Source: Blasia pusilla
Taxonomy: Eukaryota
Reading direction: 5' to 3'
Assembly: GCA_050084515.1 (NCBI GenBank)
Contig: CM114271.1
Location: 41,478,001 to 41,542,000, forward strand
DNA length: 64,000 nt
The notes under the pieces are model-generated. The model saw only the letters and a program-made list of their open reading frames with translations, was not told the origin of the DNA and searched no databases. Shown piece by piece: positions 41,101 through 55,029 of this stretch. Position numbers and translations under genes: made by a program. Each line of letters starts with the position of its first letter. The stretch's first letter is position 1.

Positions 41101-42700
41101 AAAGATTCTGTAATCTTTGAAGATTCATATGTCCAATTCTTTTATGCCACACATTTAGATATGTGACTTGTTGATCGGTTTGACCATATATTTCTGTTTG
41201 AATCTCTGGCATAGAAACATCTAATTTGAACATTCTGTCACATCTAGTTCCTTTGGCTATTATAGTCTGGTCATCAATTATTTCCATGAAACAACCATTT
41301 ACGTTAAACTTCACTTCATAATCTTTTTCTACTATCGGTCCTACAGAGATCAGGTTTCTTGCAATGGTAGGAACATAGAGAACATTTCCAAAAGCACAAA
41401 GACCAGATGATGCTATTGGAACTTTACCGATATGTGTGGTATGATGTTGAGTGTTATCTCCTATAAGCACAATTGCTGGATCTTTCACCGGCTCCAAGCT
41501 ATTGAACCATTTAGCTTGTGAGGTCATATGATTTAATGCACGGGAGTCAATGTACCAATCTGCTATCGAGTCTTTCTTGACCATTACTCCCATATGATGA
41601 AACATGACCAAGAGATGCTCCATTTGTGAATGTTGTTGTTCTTGGTACTGCTTTTGGTGTTGTTGCTCCACATAGTTTTGTTGTTGTAAGGCTCCTGTTC
41701 TCATATCTGCCTTCTTCTTGAAGCAAAAATTTGCATAGTGACCGTTTATCCCACAATAATTGTAAGATCCAGGGACCCTCTATTGCTGACCTCGACCCCA
41801 ACGATTTCCACCATTACCACCTTGTAATTGTGTCTGGTACTGGTTCGTTGTTGATTGAGTGACGTTATATTGAGTGCCTCTTCCTCCATATGCTTGATAT
41901 CCACCACAACCACGGAAGCTTTTGCCACGACCTCTGCCTCTATTTGATCCATAACCTACAAATAGCACACTCTCTTACACACTAGACGAGCTACCGTTGC
42001 CTACTAGGCGCATCTCTTCACTGATTAACAATGGGACTAACTCTTGAAAGGTTGGATACTTCTCTCTCACAGAGATGGACGTCTCAAAGCACTTGTAATC
42101 CTTTGGAAGGCCTTAAAGAGTGAAAAAAATCAGATCATCATCTTCTACTATCATTCCAATGCTATTCAACTGATCAACAATATGTCTGATACTCAAAATA
42201 TAATCATTGATGCTCTACGATCCTTTCCTCACTTTGTTCGATTGTTGTTTCAATTGTAGCTTTCTGGCCTTTGTAGATATCTGGAATAGCTTTTCCAATG
42301 CATCCCAGGTCTCCTATGGATTATCAACATCTTGAATATGACCTATCATTGGGCAATTGATTGTTATTGAAATGTACTAGATTACTTGCCTTGCGCGTTT
42401 GTTCCAGGCGTAAATATTCAAGTCACCTTCTGGCTTGGCCTCATCACCTATGACAAGCTCCCATTGTTCTTGACCCATGAGAAATTGTTTTATGCGAAAC
42501 TTCCAGACATTATAATTTTGCTTATCTAGCTTCTCGCATGTGATTGCTACTGAGGAATACTCCATGACGAACAATTTCACTCCCAAGAAACCTAATTGCA
42601 GGCTCTCTATTGCTCCAATTGAAGCATAGATCACTCCTACACAAAAATCGACCTGAAATTTTCCAAAATCAATCAATTGCATGAAAGAACTAGTCAGAAT
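38199..42700 (-). mobile_element. Degenerate Ty1/copia element (gag-PR-INT-RT-RH), 3' LTR ~38199-38509, 5' end truncated
   Basis: gag MEYSS..EKLDKQNYNVWKFRI (ATG 42565); WYIDS; WHKRIGH; IHSDVW...PQQNGVAERKNR; LYVDDLL; SWASKKQPTVALSS; PPT (CTCCCCCTCAA on +) at 38510-38520. Confidence 0.92.
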
Positions 42701-42821
42701 TGGCCTGTAGAGAGCTGTCGTGCGAATCCACATCGTCATACAACATACATCGTTGACATACCATACTCACATATATACATAACATAGACGAGATCATACA
42801 CAAACACAAGTGTACCACAAC

Positions 42822-43295
42822 TGAAATCCGTGAAAGACCTATTGTCATAAAATACGTATAGAATCACATACAATCGAGCCAAACCCACTCCACGATGGGA
42901 GAATCCAGGTCGAAGCTTGCGGGAACCACCATAGCCAAGAGCTCTACTCACTACCAAGGCTAACTCCCAACACAATAGGCTCAACTCAAAGAACTAACTG
43001 TTGTTTGAGTACACTCCACACTATACCCTCCAACCTAAGGGCGGGCCCTACTGGAAAAGTCACCCTTAACGGAGTAACCCCCAACCCTATGTATGAAACC
43101 GCATCCCTACCTAGACACTATGGCCCGACATAAGGTATGGCCTCTACTAGCACATTATACTCTACGACATAATCCGTATGGTCATGACAGCTGTCGTGCG
43201 AATCCACATCGTCATACAACATACATCGTTGACATACCATACTCACATACATACATAACATAGACGAGAGCATACACAAACACAAGTGTACCATA
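42822..43295 (-). repeat. 3' LTR (~474 bp) of DNMT-gypsy copy 1, with a partial second LTR copy at 42713-42819
   Basis: PPT GGGGGGCGAGT (minus) at ~43296-43306; 43189-43298 nearly identical to 42713-42822. Confidence 0.7.
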
Positions 43296-43456
43296 ACTCG
43301 CCCCCCAAACTGGCAGATAGGTCCTTCTAACTCCCAGGTAGCCCTATACATCTACTACATGCTATACACCTTCGTGGGTGCACGAATCAGAAGGCCGGGT
43401 GCGAGGTTGCCCCATCTGTAATCCATATCATGCAAAGATCAAGTCATCTACCCCTC

Positions 43457-43684
43457 CTAAGTACATCGAGGACAAACCCACCTTCCAGTAGGAACAACAT
43501 CCATACATGGAGTCAAACACATCATGTGCCAACCCCTAGAACACCGATCACACACCAACATACGGGCTGCGTTACCAACAGACCCACACAACATGCACCT
43601 CAAGCTAGCACGTATCATGGCTAAGCTTGGGTCAACAGTACCATCCACATTTGGAAGATGACATGACGCACATGGCCCTTCCAA
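43457..43684 (-). pseudogene. PHD finger at the integrase C-terminus
   Basis: CMLC...MLVCDRCSRGWHMMCLTP...VPTGRWVCPRC is a canonical C4HC3 with the conserved W. Confidence 0.92.
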
Positions 43685-46069
43685 ACAACTCCGTCACGAC
43701 CCTCCAACATGAGAACTCCAGAAGCTAACACCTCTCGCACTCATAAAATAGTGCGTCATGCCGTCACATCCAACGTTGTCAGTGTAACCTGCTGCAAATA
43801 GACATAGTCCCCCACATGGAACCTACAAATCGATGGTTGATAACTTCCACCTCGAATGGTTGCATACCGCAACGTATCCTTGTGTTGAGCAATGCAAGAT
43901 TCTCAAAGGCTATTGGCATAACTCTCCGAAAGAGCTCTGCCCGCTGAGAACACACTCTCATCCACATCTCTGGGTCATCAAGGTTCACCACCTCACTAGA
44001 CTCCCAACAAATTGCTGTTGGCAAGTCTGGATCTCGACCGTATAACAGAAAATAAGGTGAGAAGGAAGCCAAGGATGCTTGGCGATTGAATCTATACCCC
44101 ATGGCTAACCATGACAACTGAATATCCCAGGCTCCAAGATGCCCCTTGTGTAGGCCATACTTGCGCAATGCCCTCTTTACCGTCTGAACCACACGCTCAG
44201 CCAAACCATCCGCCTCTGGATGATCTCAAGACGTGGTTTGATGATCAATCAACGCCTTGTCACACAAGACCTGAAACTCACCCTGAAACTCTGTACCCTG
44301 GTCGGTCAGCACCTCAACTCGTGCACCAAAATGACTAAGCACTCTATCAAGAAATGCATACGCCGTTCCCTCACTTACCTTGTCAGGTAATGCCACCAAC
44401 TCAATCCACTTGGAGAAGTGCTACACCATCACCAACACATATCGATGATACCGTATAGTCAACCACTTGAGTGGCTGGTGATCAGTAACAAGGGTAAATT
44501 GTGTGCCAAACAAGTAACACCTAAAGTGTGCCACAACCCACACTACTACCAAGCACTCTCCCTTATATGAACTATATCGCGACTCCGCTGAATTATTCGA
44601 ACGACTTGCATAGGCCACCACAAACTCCATATGCTCATCATCATGTTGTGTCAACACCACTCCAAGTCCCAACATACTCCAATCAGTGTGCAACTGAAAT
44701 GGGCACCCTCTGATAGGTCTCCTCAAGATGGGCGTGGCCACCAATTGGGCCTTGAGCTCCACAAAAGCTCTCTACTGATCATCTCCCCAATGCCACTCCT
44801 GATCTGATTTCAGCAATTGGTTCAGAGGCTTTGCCATAGCACTAAATCCCTTCACATACCTCCAATAGTACTTCGCCAATCCCATGAATGCCCGAACTCT
44901 ACTACATCTACCGCATGAGGAATAAGTGCAATAGCCTCCACCTTTGCTTGTTGAACTCCCAAACCACCTGGATAGATCACATGACCCAAGTACTCAACAT
45001 CCTCATGGAAGAACTTACACTTTCGTGGATGCAAAGGTAGACCATGAGCTTTCAACCGCTCAAACACAATCTGCAAATGTATCTGATGCTCCTCCACCGT
45101 GTTATTGAACACCAAGATATCATCAATGTAACACCAAACAAAATCCAACCCTACTAGGATCCTGTCCATCACTCTCTAAAACGCGGCAGGTGCATTCTTC
45201 AACCCAAAGGGTAAGAATTTCCACTGGTACAAACAATCCTTGCCATGAGAGTTGACACCCGAAAATGTTGTCTTGGCCTGGACACTCTCTCGAATCGGCA
45301 ACTGATGGTATCCTACCCGAAGATCCAAAGTACTGAAAATATTTTCCTGTCCCACCATATCAAAGATCTCCTCAGGTGTAGGCATGGCATACCTATCGTC
45401 GTTGGTTTGCCTATTGATAGGACGGTAATCTCCACACATCCGCCTATCCGTGTAGTTGCCATGCACATCCTTTTTAGCAGGCATGACAATGGCTGATGCA
45501 TACTCTCCATGCGAAAACTCCACTAATCCAGCCTCCAAAAGGTCCAACGTCCTACTCTGAATCAGGTCCCTCTCCATATCACTATATCGGTAGGGACGAC
45601 GGAAGATTAGCGTATCACTAGCCAAATCAATCCGTACACCGGGTCCAACCAAAGCACCCAACTCCTTCATGCTAAAGGCAAAACAACTCCTATAAGCACG
45701 TAGGAACTATGTCAAGCTTCATTTCTCACCTCCCGTAAGCTTGGGCCCAAGTAATGGCTCCCAAGTCTCCTCCACTCCCACACTAGAGGGAGAGGACGAC
45801 GCCACTGGCTGCTATGCAACCCCCTCACAAGATGGTACACCCTTTGCTACACCATCCTCTAAGCAAATAACTCCTCCACCAGCATGAGCAACCAACTCCA
45901 CATGCCCAGCCATTACATCCCATTTACTCCAAGGATGCAAAATACTACTTTCCTCGCCCCCAGCTGATGCCTCTACCGTCCCGGTAGCCATCGAACTCAT
46001 CACAAGGGATGGAAGATCCATAGACATAGTCTGAAGCCGACGCTGCTCGGCCATACCAAGACTCAAAAT

Positions 46070-47360
<1,291 letters not shown>

Positions 47361-48540
47361 CCTCGGGCGGATACTGCCATACAATGGGTGTAGTATCCAA
47401 AGGGGATAACCCAACTGGACCAGAAGTAGGAGTCCGCCATGGAGCCTCCTCTTCCTCGTGAGGTATAATAGCCTCACACCAAGCCTCCTACACTAGGCGA
47501 TCAGCCCTGCCGTAGTGCCCCGCCTGAACTCCAAAGTGGCACATCCAACGATGAGGATACCACTACTGCAAAACTAGGGACCTCCTCTACCTCCTCATGC
47601 ACAGGATAATCCATAGCAGAAAGGTTACCCTCCAAAAAGTCTCCCGGCCAAGTGACTACTAACACTGTTGGGGAAAACCCCCCGGAGTGCCAACCAGGTC
47701 TATACGATGTTGTCTCAGTCCAGTAGTTCATCTGAAAACCCATCGGGTACAATACTGCTCCTCCAACTAGTACATCATACGACTCGGCCGATGTGACCAC
47801 TGCTGGTACTCCCAACTTGGAGCTATCAATCGCATGATCTGGTCTCAACTGTACAAACAACTTCCCCCGTGTCATGAAATGAGACCTATCATTGGCTCCT
47901 CCAAGTGATGTCTCAATCTGGAATGGACAAGGCTCAAGCTCAGACCTCCGAATACCCAAACCAATACATGCTGCCTTTCCGAACATCAAAGGTTGGGCAC
48001 CAGAGTCTAACAAGACTCTATCTGGTCTATACACATGTCTTGTAGGACTCACCAATTGGAATATCCCACTCCGGTTGTCCAACATACAAACCAGGTGTAA
48101 GCCTCTCACAATCAATGGCTGGCCTGGCTGGTAATGCATCCATCTTCGCCCCTGTTGCTTGCCAAGTAGTAATGGTACTCAATGTTACACGTGACATAGA
48201 GGGTTGCTCCACTGCAACACCCTCATCCACCTCAGGACATGTAGCAGTAACACTCTCACGTTCACACAACGTGGCTGCTAGCTGAAATACAAGAGCTAAG
48301 TCAACTCCTAAGGCCATCAACTTAGTGGCTGAAAATAATGGGGATCCCAACACTAAAGTTGCCATCCGCTATACTGCACTAGATGATGCATGTGTGTCTA
48401 CTACACGCGATGTAGATGCCTCAGTCCCCACTGTAGGCTCAATAGGCTTCCTATGAACCATGGATGGAGTCCTAAGCACCTCAGACAACAAGAATGACTG
48501 GGGGACCCTAGCGTGCCTCCCATCCTCACCCCTCTGTGGG

Positions 48541-49130
48541 TCAACATGCTTTATATGAGCATGAAACACAGGGTTATTAGGAAGCTTGATGCTACTAATA
48601 TTGTCTGCATATATTACACTAGGTCCTAAGTTACTAACACCAATCTCAACAAGTAATCGATGAAGCCACACCGCCTCACATGCTGCATTGGTTGCTCCTC
48701 TGTACTTAGCCTTTGTTGAAGATAAAGCAACTGTAGGTTGCTTCTTTGAAGCCCAACTTATAGTTGGGCTTCCCAAAGTAAATGAATAACCACATGTGGA
48801 GTGTCGATCAGACACACTTCCTGCCCAATCAGCATCTATGAATCCCTGTAATTGAAAACTCGGAGAAGGCTCAAATAGAAGCTTGAATTGAATAGAGAAT
48901 TCCACATACCGCATAATCCTCCTCATAGCATCAAGGTGAGGTTTTCGAGATGCTCGCATAAACTAGCTCACTAGGCCAACAACATAGCTCAAATCTAGTA
49001 GTCTGGTTATAGTTAGATACATCAAACTTCCAACCATGCGCATGTACATATTAGAATCTGCAAGCAACTCTCCTTCATCCACTCTTAGCTTCTTGCTCTC
49101 GTCCAACAGTGTAGAGATTGGCTTACAAGC
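48541..49130 (-). mobile_element. Second Ty1/copia RT/RNase H fragment, near-copy of ~38665-39250
   Basis: FIDADWAGSVSDRHST..SWASKKQPTVALSS; long nucleotide identity with the first copia element. Confidence 0.9.
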
Positions 49131-51180
49131 CGTCACGATGACGGTGGTGGCCAAAACAAAGTACGTGGTGGCGACCCAAGTCAGAGAATCAACGAACGTC
49201 ATGGAAGACCCTCCACTCTGTAATGGCGGCAATGGAAACCAAAGGGTGGACAACGGCCGAATGAAGCTCTTAGCAACAATGGGCAACAACAACGGCCGAC
49301 AATGGCCGGTGGACAGAGGACCGTTGACCGTTGACGGTGACGGTTGACCATTGATGGTGACGATTGACCATTAATGGTGAAGGTTGACCATCGACGGTGA
49401 CTGTTGACTGTTGAATGGTGACAGTGACTATGACGGCGATGGCGGCCGCCGGCGTGGCGGCTGGTTTAGGGTTTGAAGAATTTTAACCCTAAAAATCGCC
49501 TAGCAATGGCAGATTTGCAAGATTGACCATAACTTTTTACTTGCAACTCCAAATTCTGTATTGTTTATTGCACAATGTGCATAACTTCACGATCTATGAC
49601 AAAGAGAAAAAATATTTGGAATTGGAAATTCCTGTAAAAACTGACAGGGATTGTCGTAAAGCCCAATGTCTCTTTCTCCTACACAAAATCCGGGAGCGTT
49701 TCCGCGCTGATTTCTCCCAACCAAAATGTAGAACCTATAAAAATCAGCAAGCTGCATGGTCCTCTTGAGACTATCGGCATGGGGCAATCCTTTCCCATAA
49801 TCAATCCCTATCAAAAATTGGGCAGTGCTTGCGCGCACCACTCTTCCACACAAAAAATCGGCAAATGCAAAGAACAATCAAAGCAGCCCTTACTCCAGTG
49901 AGCACTCCCATGAGCTTTTGAATAGGGAACACGGTCCCCAACCTGCAAAAACAGCAAGTGACCAGCGAGCTCTCCCATGAAGCTCTCTCACTCTCTCACT
50001 CTCTCATTCTCTCATTCTCTCATTCTCTCTTTGTAAAGTAAGATCCAATCTCTCTCTTTACACCATCTCACACCATAGCTCTCAAAGGTGTGCATTCTCT
50101 CTCATGTCAAACCAAACCCACTCTCCTAATGAGAGGCTTGGATTACACTCACAAGGCAAGGGACCATAGCTCGGCCGCCTCATGCCAAGAGGTCCAACAA
50201 AGAGAGAATGAGCTCTCAAACTCTCTCTCCTTGAGGTATACCCCTCTCCTCTCCCAAGCTCTCTCCATGGTTATCTATTCTCCCAAGTCATCTCCTTGGC
50301 CCTTGACCTCCTACATCAGGTCAAGGGCCACTTACCAAAAATAAAAATTCAATCATATACTCAAAATGGTACTTACCTAAAATAGTAACTTATTAATTAT
50401 GGCTCCAAATGAGCGGAAACGAAGGGGAAACCTGCTCTCTCATGTTTCCCTCTGCCTCAATAGGTCATCCTCGACCTCCTGGGCCTGTCCCCCACTACTC
50501 GTGCAGACGCTCTGCTAGATCCCACCGATCTATCCTAACAATTGTGACTTGGCGGAGCTATGGCCCTCCTTGCCTTGTATGTGTAACCCAAGCCTCTCAT
50601 TAGGAGAGTGGGTTTGGTTTGACATGAGAGAGCTTGGTGTGAGACCTTGTTATTGTGATGGAGAGATTTGATCGATTTACAAAAAGAGAATGAGGATTTG
50701 AGAGTTACAATGCAAGAGCTCGCTGATGTTCACTATTTTTTGCAAGTTGAGGACCGTTTTCCCCCCTTCATGGCTCATCAGGTTGCTCACAGGGGCAAGA
50801 GCTATACAGTTTGATGTTTTTCATTACTGGTTTTTTGTACGAAAGAGTGGCGCACGGAAGCGCTGCCCAATTTTGTTAGCAATTGAGTATGGAGGTAGAT
50901 TTCTCCATTCCGGTGCTCTCAAGAGCACTATATAGCCCTCTCATTTTTTTTGTCACAGGTTTTCAAATTTTGTTGGGAGAAATCAGCGCGAAAGCATTGC
51001 CAAATTTTTTGTAGAAGTGCAGATTGAAGGGCTACATGATAGTCCCCATCAATTTTTATTGGAAGGTCAAATGAAGGAACAAATCTATAGATGTTGTAGA
51101 TCAAGAAGTTCTGTACGTTGTCAAAGAAACGATGCGCAATTTGAACATTTGAGCACAAAGTTGTGACACTTTTTGTCACC
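49130..51180. repeat. Two inverted partial copies (~49130-50460 minus, ~50570-51180 plus) of the LTR family seen at 58662-60679
   Basis: ctcatgtcaaaccaaacccactctcctaatgagaggcttgg (50101) is the reverse complement of ~50589-50628 and resembles ~59360-59400. Confidence 0.8.
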
Positions 51181-54100
51181 ACGTGAGGAAGGAGAAAATT
51201 TCAAAATTCTTCGTACCTTCTTAGTTAAGGTAGAAAAAGTAAAAAATCTTTACTATTAAAGAAAGGACAAGTGAAACTTAGGACCTTGTCTCTAAATTTT
51301 GCCTCTTGTTCTTTTGATCCATACAATTAAGGTGCTCTATCTATCTATAAGTTTCCCGGTTAAACCCGAATCCACTCTCGATTTCTTTGCCCACTCTTGA
51401 TTTCTTTGCCCAATTCTACGCGCTAGTTGGCCTTGCGAATTACTCAAGCCACTTGAAGAAAAGTGCAACATATTCATTCATGCGTATAGATCTTCATGAC
51501 TCGTGATCGCACCCTTGAGAATCCAATCGCCACCTCATGATCCCCTATGTGCTCAAATCATATCCGAGGTTGGGTTAGAAATAAAACTAATTATATAAAA
51601 GACACCTACATTCCTCCTTGAAAATGATGGAGATCCTAGAAAGTTGGCTAGGGTAGTATGTTGCCTCCTTGTAGGTCGCGGGCTCGATATCGCGGAGGAG
51701 GAGGTGGAGGTGGAGGCAGCACGCAGACGGGATACTGCAAGATACGCTATGTTATGTTTGGGTCTTATCGAGGCAACCGGGCGGAGTTGTCCCCTATGCT
51801 TGCGGATGATCCAAATCGGCCAAGCCACAGGAGGGAGAAAACTGACCATGATTACTGACACATTTGGGGATAAAATACTACTACTAAATAACATCTTGAA
51901 GTGTAGCAATGTCGGCGAGGTCTAGTCAGATGAGCGCCGACTGAGATAGGTTGGTCTTGAATGGCGTGGTGGTTTCGTGGCTCGTGTCCCTCTCCCTTCC
52001 TACCCAACCACCTTGCCCTCCTAGCCTGTTTAGCCTCCACTTTACTCGCTCGATAACAAGGTCATGTATTTCCGAGCGACGGGCTTTGAACGAGAGTGGG
52101 ATGGGAATGTTCACGTTGTTATCCTCTTATTTGAATAAGTTAGTATTTTTATCAATTTTTATGTAAGAATTTGCTATAGTTTTATTTTCTAATCTTGGTT
52201 GAAGTATTATTGAAAATTTGATAAGATTTTTTCATTGCAGCCAATCATATTGCAAATACAACTGTAGAGATTGGGAATCTTGAAAATATGGTAGAGAGAG
52301 ATGAGGAGCATAAATTTTCTTTGTTTTGCTTGTAAAGGAAAGAAAATTATTTCATTGTCCTGTCCTCCTAATGTTTTCAATAAGATTGAGGAAGTTAGAG
52401 AATTTGGCAAAGGCCAGGAAGTTGTGGGTACTCCCAATAGTAATAGGAGATATTCCATAGAAGTATGCATTGGTCTGAAGAACATGACGATGTAGAATAC
52501 TCTTCCACCTCTCTTTATGATTTTTAGGGATGGTATGTCGGTGATAAGTTTGATAGGGAATATAGTAATATCGATAACAGTGGTGATACTAATGAGATTG
52601 GAAATTTGATGTTTGATACTCTTTCTCCCAATCATGAGTGAAATGGTGAATATAGCAGTGAGCGTAATTAGTCATGAGAGCCCATTTTTTGGTAGGGACC
52701 TATAGGTATACTCATATTAAAAAAACTTTGAAAACTCTCTACTATCTTTCTCTTTTTGTTATATGTGAAAATATTTAAATGTTATGATTTCTTGCAGATT
52801 TGCAAGTTGTGGCGGAGAAGTGTAGTAGCAAGCGAGGATTTTAAAAATGATGAGACAAGGTAGTGATGGTGAGTCGTATGTTCCTCTTGGTGAAGAAACA
52901 TATGAGCCTATGTCTACAAATCTTGAGCGAATTGAAGTTGTACAAGTTTCGAGTGATGGCTATATTCCAACATCTATTTTTTATGAGGAGGTAGATAATA
53001 AGTAGATGATGCTACCAATTGAAGATGTAAGGTAATTGTGCATAGGGAATGTATCTAGAGTTCTATCAACGCATGTAGTAGAAACTATTAATCAAGGTAT
53101 TAACGTTGTGTTATCCCAAGATGAGGAGGAAGAAGGAGATACATGTTCGACTAATGAATGCATTCCTTGCTCTCAGCCTATATCTTTGGGCCATTCTTTT
53201 TTGTGGGATGCCTTAGGGTTTGGATCTAGGATTCTTGAGGATTCTTAGTAGTGGTCATTCCCATGACTCTGATGACTCAAGTGAAATGAGTAGTGTTGAA
53301 TCTCATTGGATAGTAGATTCATTGTCTTTATGAAATATGATATAAAAAACTTACCATTTTTGGGATTGCTATCCATGTATTTATCTTTTTTTTAAAACAT
53401 ATATAGCTGTATTTATTTGAAAAAGAAATTGTAGAAAAAATTATCATATGATGGATATGGATCAAGTATCATGGAAAAATGATAAAAGGTATTTCATTGA
53501 CATTACTAATATTGAGTGGAACACGCATCTTGTATATGAAAAGGCTAAAAAGGCAGAGGCTTAAAGGAAAAGGCGGTTCAAGATACGGGCTTTGTACTTC
53601 CTTTTACAAGGACAACGTGGAAAATGTAAGGTTGTTTAGCACTATTTTAATTTTTGATGTATATTATGGGAAAAAATAATAACTTTTTACAAAATTGTAT
53701 TCTTTCTTTTATCTTGTAGACTTCCAAATCCAACATGAGTATGTTAAATCCTTAAAGTTGCGAGAGCTTAAAGAAAAATTCGAAGACATGTGAACCTTGA
53801 TCTGAGGTATCATTTTACTTTCTTTCTTTTGTGTATCAAGATTATAATGTCTAATTTTGGCTTACGTAGTTTATATAGTGAGAATATTTGTTTTGCAATT
53901 GAGTAACAATTGTATCAAATGTGGTTGAGCCTTCTAATGTTGTGGTTACGTCTTCTCTTATGTACGTTTCTATTCTATGATTCTCTTTTTATCTTTTTTT
54001 TTTTTTATTCTAACGTGAAAGTCTCATGACTAATGCTATAATAAATTTTTTTATTGTAGTATTCCTTTTCCTTCGAACCCTCTACGATTACATGACATGC

Positions 54101-54564
54101 TTCGAGTTGCGCAAGCGCAAGGCCAAAGACGTGGACATGATGATATGCTAGAGCTAACTAATGGGGCGAGTATTGGCGATTCATCGATAAGGACGAATGT
54201 ATCTACAAGGCTATACAACCTATACTCCACTAGAGTAGGTTGTGCTCCACTTGAGGAAGTAATAGCTCCTACAACTACATTTCAAATTGATGGCATTGAT
54301 GTTGAAGATAATATAAGGTAAAGTTTCTATGTTTTTTTTTTCTACCAAAAATTTTATGTATGTATATTTTTTAGAATATTGGTTTTTCTTTTTCCAAAAT
54401 TTGGTTTTTTTATAGGCCTGTGATAAGGATGCATGATGTGGTCCCTAAGTTGATGGCTCTTATTATGCTATCTCCAGTGTACACTTCTTTTCTATAGCCT
54501 TTTATTTATTTCTTGATATTTTATTATCATTTTCTGTTAATTTTACTTTGAAAATTGTATTCTT

Positions 54565-54720
54565 TGTAGCTTTTGTCGAGGTGAAGTATAGCTTGTATGA
54601 GGGTGAGTGCTTGGCTGTAGTGTGGGCTGTCATGCATTTCAAGTCTTATTTATTAGGAAACTCCTTTAGCATTATTACTGATCATGAGCCACTTAAATGG
54701 TTGATTGAGTCCGACAAGCT
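54565..54720 (+). mobile_element. Short gypsy RNase H fragment of the DNMT-gypsy family inside the Helitron region
   Basis: EVKYSLYEGECLAVVWAVMHFKSYLLGNSFSIITDHEPLKWLIESDKL matches ~7230-7375. Confidence 0.8.
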
Positions 54721-55029
54721 CCTTCCAATCCTCAAAGACTACATTATATGCTTCGAGTTGCACAAGCTAATGACCAAAGACGGTGACATGCTCATTTGGT
54801 TGGATTACCTCACGGAGGACATTTTGGCGATTGTTCAAGAAGGAATATTATACTTGAGAATAATGGTCATGAGATGCACACGGCAATAAATGAAGATCGT
54901 GTTTTTTTTTAATGTTCCAAATGTGATATATGGAAGGGTGGTGGACTTGGGGGAGTTATTGAATATTGCACATATTCGTGAATTTGAAGAGAAAAAATTT
55001 TTTCCTTGGTTGAGAGATCGTATTGATTG

